From a virus (taxonomy: Duplodnaviria > Caudoviricetes), in the IMG/VR virus record IMGVR_UViG_3300030433_001936, positions 10,760-74,759 of that record: 64,000 nt of DNA; one strand, written 5' to 3'. Below are positions 9,418 through 18,131 of the stretch, piece after piece. Within the stretch, counting starts at the first letter, position 1, and every line of letters begins with the position of its first letter. The notes below the pieces were generated by a model. It was not told where the DNA came from. It saw nothing but the letters and a program-made list of their open reading frames with translations, and did not search any database. The translations under genes and the position numbers were made by a program.

Positions 9418-9998
9418 TCCTTCTTATATCGCTTGTCAGGTTTGCCATCCTTTGTCAACGGCACTTCTTTTGTCAAATCAACACCGAGATTAACTGCTTC
9501 CTTCTTGTCGGTGCGGTGTTTTGGTGGTGGATTGAATTCGGACGGTTGTTCTTTGAATGTCTGTGGTTTCGGCTCAACAATCTGTGGGATGGCTTCATAC
9601 CCTGACATTGACATTGCCATATACGCATCGGGGTTCTCTTCCAACATCCGCAACTGCTTTTCCATTTGCATCTGTCGCATTTTCAGTTCGGTTTCCAACT
9701 GTGCATTTGCAAATTGCGAGTTCATTTCACGCAATCGTGCATCACGCACTCTTTGGGTGCGTTGCCATTGGGCTTTGCTATCCATGTTGTCTTGTAGCAA
9801 CAACTTGTAAAAGAAATACGACATACCTTGCAGGGTAAATGCCCCCATTGCATATGTCAAAGCGTTGCTATATGTGTCTTGACTTTTCAGCCACAAATCT
9901 GCGTCAAACACGGCAATAGCAGCCCCAACCAAAATGGATACGAAGCCGATAAAACCCATGACACGCAGTATGTCTTCATTCGTTTGAGCGTCTGTCAT
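9414..9998 (-). CDS. Membrane protein (2 TM) with a cytoplasmic coiled coil
   Basis: Start refined to MTDAQ (ATG 9998, GAGGGAG RBS); two TM segments then Q/E/R-rich coiled coil. Confidence 0.75.
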   Translation of the reverse strand: MTDAQTNEDILRVMGFIGFVSILVGAAIAVFDADLWLKSQDTYSNALTYAMGAFTLQGMSYFFYKLLLQDNMDSKAQWQRTQRVRDARLREMNSQFANAQLETELKMRQMQMEKQLRMLEENPDAYMAMSMSGYEAIPQIVEPKPQTFKEQPSEFNPPPKHRTDKKEAVNLGVDLTKEVPLTKDGKPDKRYKKE

Positions 9999-10056
9999 AC
10001 AGTTCTCCCTCGGTATATGGGTGCAATTGCCCCTCAATAACCATTCCCATGAAACA

Positions 10057-10132
10057 GTATTGATATTATCATGTATTGTGTAAGACAATAATAGCCGTAT
10101 TATTCCCATATGATACATGGGAATATCAATAC
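10057..10132. repeat. AT-rich nested palindrome, copy A
   Basis: GTATTGATATTATCATGTATTGT-GTAAG-ACAATAATAG; outer 20 bp inverted repeat 10057-10076 / 10113-10132 (2 mismatches). Confidence 0.8.
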
Positions 10133-10222
10133 GATGGGTGGGTCGGACGGGAGTGAAGGCGAGAGAGAACCAATCACACGGGCATCCGCCCGACCCGCAT
10201 GCATGCTGGCTTATACGGCATA

Positions 10223-10930
10223 TCAGGCTTGGCGTTGACGACTACCCGTTGATTGGGGTTCATCAGCGCGACCTCGGACACCAACACGAGCGGGCGCTCG
10301 CATTTCAGCACGACGAGATGTTTGGGCAAACGGATTGCTTGGTTGTTCATTTCGTTGTTTGAATGATTCCGCCAAATTGTCAAGAATGTCATCAGCGTCC
10401 CCATCTTCAGCCATTTCAGCATGGCGATGTTCGTGGGGAGCAGCCTCAACACGACCAGGAATTTGTGCGGTCAGTGTTCCCGTCTTCATGCCAGGGGCGA
10501 TACCGCCTTGCACATCGGGCGAAGTGCCAGGGAAAAATTGACGGGATGGGATACCGAGTCTTCGCATTGCACCCATCAATCCACCACCGCCACGGGCTTT
10601 GGGTTCACGACCCGAATGGGGAATGGGTGGGCGACCTTCTTCCATGCGAGCCATATGATGTGCGGGGACATCTGCGCCACCACGCATTCTTTCGTAGTAC
10701 TTTTCCGATGCGGGTGTGCGACCTACGCCACCCATACCTGACCCATCATCGCTTGGGTATCCACGGGGGACACCACGGCTACCGAACATACCGCCACCCA
10801 AATCGGGTGGGGTGATTCCACGGCTTGCCATAGCCAATTCTTTAGGTCCAATCGCTTTCATCACTGCGACTCGCATATCACTGCGTAGTGCAATGTAATT
10901 TATGAACATGTCTGCCATACGGGGTATCAT
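10223..10930 (-). CDS. G/R/P/M-rich disordered hypothetical protein
   Basis: 235 aa ORF. Confidence 0.6.
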   Translation of the reverse strand: MIPRMADMFINYIALRSDMRVAVMKAIGPKELAMASRGITPPDLGGGMFGSRGVPRGYPSDDGSGMGGVGRTPASEKYYERMRGGADVPAHHMARMEEGRPPIPHSGREPKARGGGGLMGAMRRLGIPSRQFFPGTSPDVQGGIAPGMKTGTLTAQIPGRVEAAPHEHRHAEMAEDGDADDILDNLAESFKQRNEQPSNPFAQTSRRAEMRAPARVGVRGRADEPQSTGSRQRQA

Positions 10931-11216
10931 GGCGGGTCAATCCGAACAAGCACACCGCCACAAAATTCAGTATGATACTGAATACGAATCGTCCCCCGAG
11001 CGCATCAAATATCGGGAAGAACTCAACCGTGAGCGAAGGCGAAGGGGCATTTACGGGCGTGGTGGACCTGATGTTAGCCACACCCGTGCAAACACATTGG
11101 TGTTGGAAAGTCCACACAAAAATCGTGCGCGACACTTCAAAGAGCGTGGGACTTTGAAATCAAACCCCGCACCCATTGACCAAGCGTGGTCAGTTTTGAA
11201 GCATCAATTGGATTGA
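10902..11216 (+). CDS. Small basic protein (HNH/His-Me-finger-like) with a C-terminal AWxxLK tag
   Basis: RERRRRG..PDVSH...LVLESPHKNRAR resembles small basic HNH-derived marine phage proteins; ends PIDQAWSVLKHQLD. Confidence 0.6.
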   Translation: MNMSAIRGIMAGQSEQAHRHKIQYDTEYESSPERIKYREELNRERRRRGIYGRGGPDVSHTRANTLVLESPHKNRARHFKERGTLKSNPAPIDQAWSVLKHQLD

Positions 11217-12006
11217 CAGTGCCAACGCCATTGTCATTCGCCCATTGCAACAATGTTTCAGTTGCCAAATTTGCACCCGACCCTTTGACAAACGGACACC
11301 CACCGATACCGCCAATGCTTGTGTCAAACTGACGAATGCCAACATCGTATGCCATTTGCACATTGCCGATAAGCGAATCCCCATGTTCGTTTTCATGCAA
11401 ATGCACTGCCCACTTTGTTGACGGCATACGGGCAATGATGTCGCCAATGCGTTGAATGGATTGAGCATCGGCAATACCCGCAGTATCTGACAACACAACG
11501 GTGTAGCCCAACAATGCCGATTGTTGCAACACATTGGCTATGAACAAATCGTCATACTGACCGTCAGTGGGACAACCGAATGCGTGTGAGATATACACAC
11601 GGATGTTTTCTTTGGGAATACCCCACAACATGCTACGGTATGTTGCATGCAACACTGCCAACGATGAATTAAAATTTTCAGCGTTGAATGTTTCCGATGG
11701 CGATAGGCACACATTGATGTTGGTTGCGCCCACTGCTTTTGCCCGTTCCAATCCTTTTTCGTTTGGCACTAGCACACTCAAATGACACGGCAATTTTTTG
11801 ATTTCATTAAATACTGTTGCAGATGCGCTCATGTTTGGCACAAGTTTGGGATGCACAAAACTGCCGACTTCTATATTGCGGATTCCACAATCATACAATT
11901 GTTCTATCATGCTGACTTTGTCAGCCACTGACACATCACACTTTGCAGATTGCAGACCATCACGAGGTCCGACTTCGTAAATCTCAATCGTACTGCTTCC
12001 CTTCAT
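11137..12006 (-). CDS. hmgL: Hydroxymethylglutaryl-CoA lyase (HMGL-like, DRE-TIM family)
   Basis: EVGPRDGLQ, IEVGSFVHPKLVP, HLHE metal motif, GGCPF..GSGANLATE; start likely MKGSS at 12006. Confidence 0.85.
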   Translation of the reverse strand: MKGSSTIEIYEVGPRDGLQSAKCDVSVADKVSMIEQLYDCGIRNIEVGSFVHPKLVPNMSASATVFNEIKKLPCHLSVLVPNEKGLERAKAVGATNINVCLSPSETFNAENFNSSLAVLHATYRSMLWGIPKENIRVYISHAFGCPTDGQYDDLFIANVLQQSALLGYTVVLSDTAGIADAQSIQRIGDIIARMPSTKWAVHLHENEHGDSLIGNVQMAYDVGIRQFDTSIGGIGGCPFVKGSGANLATETLLQWANDNGVGTVNPIDASKLTTLGQWVRGLISKSHAL

Positions 12007-12148
12007 GACGCAATCCACCCATGCACATGGCTTGCAGTTCTTCGTCATTTTGGAAAACAACAACATCTTTTCCGATGTCATCAAACAACGAAATTATATG
12101 CTCAATCAACGCTAATCCAACAATTGCGGTAATGACCCAACCCCACAT
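11984..12148 (-). CDS. 54 aa single-TM micro-protein (not in the ORF track)
   Basis: My translation: MWGWVITAIVGLALIEHIISLFDDIGKDVVVFQNDEELQAMCMGGLRHEGKQYD. Confidence 0.45.
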   Translation of the reverse strand: MWGWVITAIVGLALIEHIISLFDDIGKDVVVFQNDEELQAMCMGGLRHEGKQYD

Positions 12149-12179
12149 ATGAAGGGGTATGTCGGTGCAAAAAATAAAC

Positions 12180-15100
12180 CTATCTGCCTTTGAGTAGTGA
12201 ATCCCACGCTAAATCAATGGGGTCGCCACGAGTGAAACCTGTTTCTTCATTCCATCGTGTGCCTTGAAATGTCGGAATGTTTTGTTCGCCTTCCGTTTGG
12301 TCGTGTTCACTTGGCAAGTTCAATCCCATTTCACCTGCGATGTTCCTTTCATTGGGTGGGTGCGGTTCATTGTCAAACGCATTCGTCATTCTGCGTGTGC
12401 GTCGTGGGACTCGTGTGCGTCCTTGAATTTCTTCTTGTTCACGCTTCATGTCAGCCATCATGTCGTCGTTATCGGGCATGATACCCATACGAGTGTCGGG
12501 CATACCCGTGTTTGGGTTGATGAAGACTTCAAGACCAGGGTTGGGTATCTCCATGCCCGCTTCTTTCATGGCTTCCAAAATTTCGGGTGGGATGCCATCC
12601 ATTGTCAGTGCTTCGGGATAGTTCTGCATAAGCCACCGTGCAAAGTCAACATTGTCGTCTTCCAAATCCATTTCCACTGCAGGTCTTGAATATGGGCGCA
12701 CTCTTCTCATCATCTCAAACGGGTGGTGTCCGTGTGCCGCTGCATCTTCAAGGAAACCGTGCATTCGTGCCATTGCTTTATCGTCAATATCATTGTAGGT
12801 GATGTCGCCCGCTTCCAATGCTTCAAACAACGCTTGCATAGTCTTTGGGTCTGCCTTTGCACCAGTGGCTAATGATTTGAAGTGGTCAAATGCCAAATCT
12901 TCGGGTTCGTTGTCAACTAATATCTCGGGCAAGTCCATCCCAAACCTTTCATTCAACATGTTGCTGAGTGCGTAGTGCATTGGGTGTTGTGAATTGAATT
13001 CGTTTGGTTGCATTTGAGATGCAAGCAAATCAGCATATTTGTTGGGGTCGTTGTAAAACGCCATCATTTCTTCATCGCTCAACGGACTACCAGGATGCCC
13101 GCCCGCTGCTTGTCGCTCAAACATCGCTTCCATTTCTTTTCGGGCGCGTTCTTGTGCGCGTTGTTGCCGAATCTGCTCTTCTTCTTTTCGTCGCTTACCA
13201 CGGTTGCGAGCCAATGACCCACTAAGGAATGCAGTTTTACCCGCTTGGTCTAGTCCCGCTTTTCCTTCGGGTCGCCTTTTTCCTTGTGGCTTTCCTGCTT
13301 TGCGGTCTTCGGCACTCAATCCCATACGACCTTGTTGCGCGATTTTGTTGCGCTCAGCCTCTTTGCGTCCACTGCTTTGTGGTCGCACATCACGGTTTTT
13401 GCGATTCCTTGCGCCAGTGCCACGCAATCGTTCTTCAAGCACATCGCCCCTCTCTTCTTGGTCTTCTTCATCCCAATCCAACTTGGCAAACAATGTAGCC
13501 CATGATTTCAATGTGTCAGTGCTAAATTGCGGTTCGTCAAAAGCGCGTGGATAACCTGTAGTGTCAATTGCTTCTTCATTGTCAGGACCGCCTTGGGTCG
13601 GGTAATTTCGCCCACCTTGTCCCGCTCTTTTCCGATAAGGGGCGAGAGAGTCATAGGAATTTCGTGCGCGTCCCCCTCTCAATTCCACTTTTGTACTGGG
13701 TTTTTCAAAAATCGGACCTGGACTGTTTGCTTCCAATGCTTCTTGTAATGCTTGTTCACTTACTCTTTCCATCTGTCTGCTTCTCATGCCCTGTATAGCA
13801 GGGTGCATAGTTTGACGGGAAAAATGTCCGTGTACTTGCTCAATATCAGCCTTGAGAACTGCCCATGCAATATCCATCGGTTCGCCCGCATTCTTTTGGT
13901 CGTCATCGCCTTCTTCGTCTTTGATGTCAAACAACGACTTCTTTGGTTTTTCAGCACCTTTGGCTCGTTGTGATGTGTTCCTTCGTGCGGGCGGTGCAGG
14001 TCTTGGATTCTTCTTTTGAGATTCAGCCAATGCGCCAATGTCAGCGAACATGCGTTCTTCATTGCGCTTTTGTTCTTCGGTCATCACTGACCCTTTGGGG
14101 TCAACGGGCAGATTCGCCATTGCTTGTTCACGATTCTTCTGTTCTCTTGCCCTTCTTCGGTCAGCCAATTTTTGTGCGGGCGTTCTTTGACCGCTTTCTT
14201 CCAAATCAGTTGTGATTGCACCGCCAGTGGCTTCCGCCATCTCCCGTGCCATCTCAAGCAATCTGTCGTTTTCTTTTTCTTCTTCAGTTCGCTCGTCCCG
14301 TGGCAAATGCCGTCTTGTGTAGTTTCGTAGTGGCGCTCGCATTGGCAATCCTTCAACTCGTTTGGTGTCTTTGACACCCGCTTCTCGTTGTTTTGCACTT
14401 TGCACATTCATGCGCCCCGTTTTGAATTCACGACCATGCACACGACCAATGGCTTCATTCAATCGGTCTTCTGCCGACATTTCATCCAATTTTTTGCGTT
14501 GCTTTGGTGTGATGACACGCACACGCTTCCCTGCGTGGTCTTTGTCATCACCGATAAATTCACGATACCAATTCGCAGTTTCTTCACCACGGTCTTTCAC
14601 TGAAACCTTATTCGCACCGAGTCTGCGTTGACCTTTTTCGGGTGCAAGCAGATTGTGAACATCAACGGGAATGCCACGACCCATTGCTTGCATCATTGCA
14701 TCATTCGTCCAATTGTCATGCAGTGGATGGTGAATTCCCAACATGTGCGTGGCATTGTCAAGAATTTTACCGTTGCGTGTGCCGATGGCAGTGTATTTTC
14801 CATCGCCTTTGAAATCGGGCGGGATAACTTTGACGGGAATGTTGTTGTCATTCGCCCATCGCTCAACCATTTCATCAACGCCACCATGACCGCCCGTGAT
14901 GATTGAATCGGGCATACCGTTCTTGTCAATCCATGCACCCATCTGGTCATCAATAACACCCAATGCGTCATAGTACTCATTCAACCGATTCATTGGGTTG
15001 ATTGGCAACAATTCGTTTGGTGGGAAATTGCCGAAGTCTTTGTGTCCGAGAACTGCCAAATGTGTTCCTTCCAATTCGGGCTTTGGTGCTGCTGGCGCTG

Positions 15101-15350
15101 CTGTTTTTGCGGGCGCTCGCACTTTTGCCTTTGGTGCAGTGGCGGGTTTGGGTTCGTTGCCCGTTCCGCCAAATTCGGGGGTCAAGTTTGCCATTGTCCC
15201 GCCCGTCAACACTGACAACAAATCTTTTGCTTCCGCAATTTGTCGCTTTTGGTCAGCGTATTCGTCTTCTTCTTCGTCGTCGTCATCGGAAGCATAGTCA
15301 AACAATGACTTCTGCTTCAGCATATACCATGCCTTGTCAATAGCCGACAT
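12180..15350 (-). CDS. Large multi-segment (polyprotein-like) virion-internal protein with three AWxxLK tags
   Basis: Start refined to MSAIDKAWYMLK (15350); internal EPMDIAWAVLK; C-terminal DPIDLAWDSLLKGR; segment ~14700-15000 resembles a YspA/SLOG-like domain (IITGGHGGVDEMVERWA..IPVKVIPPD). Confidence 0.8.
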   Translation of the reverse strand: MSAIDKAWYMLKQKSLFDYASDDDDEEEDEYADQKRQIAEAKDLLSVLTGGTMANLTPEFGGTGNEPKPATAPKAKVRAPAKTAAPAAPKPELEGTHLAVLGHKDFGNFPPNELLPINPMNRLNEYYDALGVIDDQMGAWIDKNGMPDSIITGGHGGVDEMVERWANDNNIPVKVIPPDFKGDGKYTAIGTRNGKILDNATHMLGIHHPLHDNWTNDAMMQAMGRGIPVDVHNLLAPEKGQRRLGANKVSVKDRGEETANWYREFIGDDKDHAGKRVRVITPKQRKKLDEMSAEDRLNEAIGRVHGREFKTGRMNVQSAKQREAGVKDTKRVEGLPMRAPLRNYTRRHLPRDERTEEEKENDRLLEMAREMAEATGGAITTDLEESGQRTPAQKLADRRRAREQKNREQAMANLPVDPKGSVMTEEQKRNEERMFADIGALAESQKKNPRPAPPARRNTSQRAKGAEKPKKSLFDIKDEEGDDDQKNAGEPMDIAWAVLKADIEQVHGHFSRQTMHPAIQGMRSRQMERVSEQALQEALEANSPGPIFEKPSTKVELRGGRARNSYDSLAPYRKRAGQGGRNYPTQGGPDNEEAIDTTGYPRAFDEPQFSTDTLKSWATLFAKLDWDEEDQEERGDVLEERLRGTGARNRKNRDVRPQSSGRKEAERNKIAQQGRMGLSAEDRKAGKPQGKRRPEGKAGLDQAGKTAFLSGSLARNRGKRRKEEEQIRQQRAQERARKEMEAMFERQAAGGHPGSPLSDEEMMAFYNDPNKYADLLASQMQPNEFNSQHPMHYALSNMLNERFGMDLPEILVDNEPEDLAFDHFKSLATGAKADPKTMQALFEALEAGDITYNDIDDKAMARMHGFLEDAAAHGHHPFEMMRRVRPYSRPAVEMDLEDDNVDFARWLMQNYPEALTMDGIPPEILEAMKEAGMEIPNPGLEVFINPNTGMPDTRMGIMPDNDDMMADMKREQEEIQGRTRVPRRTRRMTNAFDNEPHPPNERNIAGEMGLNLPSEHDQTEGEQNIPTFQGTRWNEETGFTRGDPIDLAWDSLLKGR

Positions 15351-15381
15351 ATGTAGTGGGATGTCAGCGCAGGTTATGGAG

Positions 15382-15846
15382 TTAACCACGATTTCGCCTT
15401 CTTTTTTCCGCCAACACTTTTTCAACCGCTTTGCGGTCAAATTGGCGCAAATGTGCGACATTGCGTGGCATCACCACAATTTGTGATGGGTCGGGCATGT
15501 CGTCTTTACCGACAACACGCACCCCACCACCGTCTTTGATATTCCGTGCAGGTCCTGTTGTTGGCATATCACCAATCGGTGCATCACCACGAATACCCAC
15601 TGCAACATAATTGCCTTCGGGGTCGGCTCGCCATCGTGATGCACCATGACCATCTGCGCCCGATGGGTCATCGCCCATCATTGACCAAAATTGCTCGGGA
15701 TACTTGCCTTCCAAATAGTCGGCAATGTGTTGCAATGGTTGTGCGCTGATTTGCTGAATTGGTGGTTGGTCGGGGTAATCGGGAATCCAATTGTACAACT
15801 TTGTTTGTCGTTTCAACAACAACCATGCAGTGTCAATTGGCAACAT
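15382..15846 (-). CDS. Hypothetical protein with an N-terminal AWxxLK tag
   Basis: MLPIDTAWLLLKRQTKLYNW. Confidence 0.75.
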   Translation of the reverse strand: MLPIDTAWLLLKRQTKLYNWIPDYPDQPPIQQISAQPLQHIADYLEGKYPEQFWSMMGDDPSGADGHGASRWRADPEGNYVAVGIRGDAPIGDMPTTGPARNIKDGGGVRVVGKDDMPDPSQIVVMPRNVAHLRQFDRKAVEKVLAEKRRRNRG

Positions 15847-15851
15847 GCATA

Positions 15852-16649
15852 TCACGGAAACCTTTCGTCATATGCCTGTTGTGCATCAGCAATCGCTTGC
15901 AATGCGCTTTGCTCATAATCACCAGTTATTGCTTCTCGCTTGTCAGTCATTGCATCACCCTTTTTCCGTGCGTCTGCAATTGCATCCATTTCATCACTAT
16001 TAGTGCGTCCATGACTGTGTGGATAAAGTGCTAATTGCCTTCGCAATTTGTTTGGGTTCATATTTGCCAATCTCGGATAATTCTTACTGTATGCTTCTAA
16101 TGCATCTTCTAGTGCCGTTGCCCATACATTGTTGGACGGGCTATCGCCCAATGGCACTTGTTCAGTCGTGCGATAACCGCCACGGGATGTCGCAGTTTTG
16201 CGTTTATCCATGTCCCCACGAGTCCATCGTCGTGGCACACCTTCATGTATTGGCAATCTGCTCAATTCATCTTTTTGCTCAATGGCGTTTCTCAAAGCAC
16301 GACCACGCAGTTTGCCTTTCATCACACTCCATGCCATATCAATGGGGTCGCCTTTGACCATCGTTGGCTTTCCACCAACACCTTGCTTTTTACTGCGTTT
16401 GCGTTGCGTCATTGCCCGCTTTTCGCCTTTGCTGTGATGCCGTGCAAGTTTTGGTGTCTTGCTACTGACACGCTTTGATGGTCGGCACTTTGGGTATCCA
16501 CGCTTGCTTTTGTTCGCTTTACTGCGACCACACGGGGGATGCGAACCGTCTTTGTTCGTGCGTGATACATCCACCCACTTTTCTTTGAACCAACGATTCA
16601 GGTTTTTGACAACCATGACATCTTGGCAACCGCACAATTCACCATCCAT
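15852..16649 (-). CDS. Basic protein: WFKEKWVD..CGR..YPKCRP domain plus internal AWxxMK tag
   Basis: LNRWFKEKWVDVSRT..CGRS..YPKCRP resembles a domain of marine phages/NCLDVs; KGDPIDMAWSVMKG. Confidence 0.75.
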   Translation of the reverse strand: MDGELCGCQDVMVVKNLNRWFKEKWVDVSRTNKDGSHPPCGRSKANKSKRGYPKCRPSKRVSSKTPKLARHHSKGEKRAMTQRKRSKKQGVGGKPTMVKGDPIDMAWSVMKGKLRGRALRNAIEQKDELSRLPIHEGVPRRWTRGDMDKRKTATSRGGYRTTEQVPLGDSPSNNVWATALEDALEAYSKNYPRLANMNPNKLRRQLALYPHSHGRTNSDEMDAIADARKKGDAMTDKREAITGDYEQSALQAIADAQQAYDERFP

Positions 16650-17371
16650 TAACCAAACCTCCGTCTGTCTTTTCTTCGTTCAGCGGCAATCAGTTTGTCC
16701 CATTGTTCGGCAGTTTTTATGTTATTCGCTCTTCGCAAATGTGGATTTCTTGCTCGCAATCCCATAATTTCTCTAAACCGTTGTTCTTTTTGCCGTGGGG
16801 TCAATTTGTTGGAAGTCAACGATATTGTACCATCCTTTCCAACTGATGTGCGAGTCGGTGAATCAAGTTGTTGTATGATGTCCGCGATGCCCCGCATGGG
16901 ATGGTCTTCGCTAACTCTTTGACCAAACATAGCAGCAAGCATCCCCTTTGCACCTGCGTTTCTATGTTGATGAGCATTGAGGTCATGCATCAATTCTCGG
17001 TGTGCTGTAAGTGCTGATTCGGGATACTCCATAATGACGGCTGGGTGTTCGGTTCGTGCAGTTGCATCTATGTCTTGACTATATTTGCCATATTTACTGT
17101 CTCTTAAATCGCCCACCCCTGGTTGGTTATCTGTGGTTGCATGACCCCATTCGTGTGCGTTCAATCTCGCCAACGCATTTGCAGTGAATTTGTCAGCGTC
17201 AGCGTCAGAAAAGCCCATGTTTCGTCCATAAGGCAAAATCGCAGCCAAATTGACATTTACCGTATCAGTCCACGGGTCATAATGCCCCGCCCTGTCCCGT
17301 CCATCAAACTCCAAATTGTAGTCAGCGTCATCACTTTTCAAAAATGACCAAGCCGTATCAAATGGGGTCAT
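16649..17371 (-). CDS. Zincin-like metallopeptidase with an N-terminal AWxxLK tag
   Basis: MTPFDTAWSFLK; GHYDPWTDTVNVNL..AHEWGH (HExxH) with downstream E (TEHPA). Confidence 0.65.
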   Translation of the reverse strand: MTPFDTAWSFLKSDDADYNLEFDGRDRAGHYDPWTDTVNVNLAAILPYGRNMGFSDADADKFTANALARLNAHEWGHATTDNQPGVGDLRDSKYGKYSQDIDATARTEHPAVIMEYPESALTAHRELMHDLNAHQHRNAGAKGMLAAMFGQRVSEDHPMRGIADIIQQLDSPTRTSVGKDGTISLTSNKLTPRQKEQRFREIMGLRARNPHLRRANNIKTAEQWDKLIAAERRKDRRRFG

Positions 17372-17559
17372 TTCTTCTTCCCCTTCCCCTTAAACTTGCC
17401 ACGGCAGTATTGAACTGCCCAACCATTGGCATAAGCGGAAGGATAGACCTTGAATTTGCGCTTAGCAGCCGCTTTTCCTGCGGGGCATAACTTCTTTTCC
17501 AAATGGTCAAACGCAGCGTTTGTAGCAACACACAAATCGCAATTGCCACACCCCGTCAT
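17368..17559 (-). CDS. Small basic protein with a KVYPSAYANG motif
   Basis: AKRKFKVYPSAYANGWAVQYCR resembles the PSAYA domain of marine virus proteins. Confidence 0.7.
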   Translation of the reverse strand: MTGCGNCDLCVATNAAFDHLEKKLCPAGKAAAKRKFKVYPSAYANGWAVQYCRGKFKGKGKKK

Positions 17560-17563
17560 GTCA

Positions 17564-18100
17564 TCACCACTTCACTTTGTCTGCCCAATACGCTGCTGAC
17601 ATCGGACCTCGTGCGATGTTCTTGCGGTGTCGTGCTTTGAATGACCTTTGCCGTGCCTTTTCCTTCGGTGTCTTTGGATTTGCACCCGCACCTGACTTAC
17701 CTTGTTGACCAAATCGGATGGTTTTCACTTTGCCACCTGACCGTGCCACTACAATGTGCGATTTCTTGCCATGACCTGGTGTGCGCTTCGGTTTGTTGTA
17801 TCCCGACACACCCGCACGGGCAAGCCGTGGGTCTTTTTTGCCCTTTGCAAATGACGCATTGATACTCTTTCGGAAACGCTTCATCTTCTTCATTTTGCAT
17901 CCCGTTTCGGGTGTGCAATCGCACATCCCCATTGATGCAATGTCGCATAATTCGTCGTCATCTGACGGATAATGCAGTTGCAATGATTTGTTGGTCGTTT
18001 CATTTTCCAACTTGCATTCACCATCGGCACAACCGCATCCACGGGCTTTGCCTACGCACCCCGTTTTCAAAAACAACCATGCAGTTTCGTGTGCCGTCAT
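17564..18100 (-). CDS. Cys-rich N-terminus plus very basic domain (FGQ..SFKARH..SAAYWA), N-terminal AWxxLK tag
   Basis: MTAHETAWLFLK; KTIRFGQQG..RQRSFKARH..AAYWADKVKW resembles a widespread marine-phage basic domain. Confidence 0.75.
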   Translation of the reverse strand: MTAHETAWLFLKTGCVGKARGCGCADGECKLENETTNKSLQLHYPSDDDELCDIASMGMCDCTPETGCKMKKMKRFRKSINASFAKGKKDPRLARAGVSGYNKPKRTPGHGKKSHIVVARSGGKVKTIRFGQQGKSGAGANPKTPKEKARQRSFKARHRKNIARGPMSAAYWADKVKW

Positions 18101-18131
18101 CACACTACCCGATGCGAAAGAATGCAATAAA

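Noticed and set aside
10024-10037. CAATTGCCCCTCAA as a twelfth early promoter
   Set aside because: TATA box is destroyed, there is no palindrome and no plus-strand gene follows.
11999-12031. CAWVDCVMKG in the ORF-track N-terminus of hmgL as another AWxxLK tag
   Set aside because: Spacing does not match, the likely true start is MKGSS (12006), and this DNA better encodes the overlapping 54 aa TM ORF.
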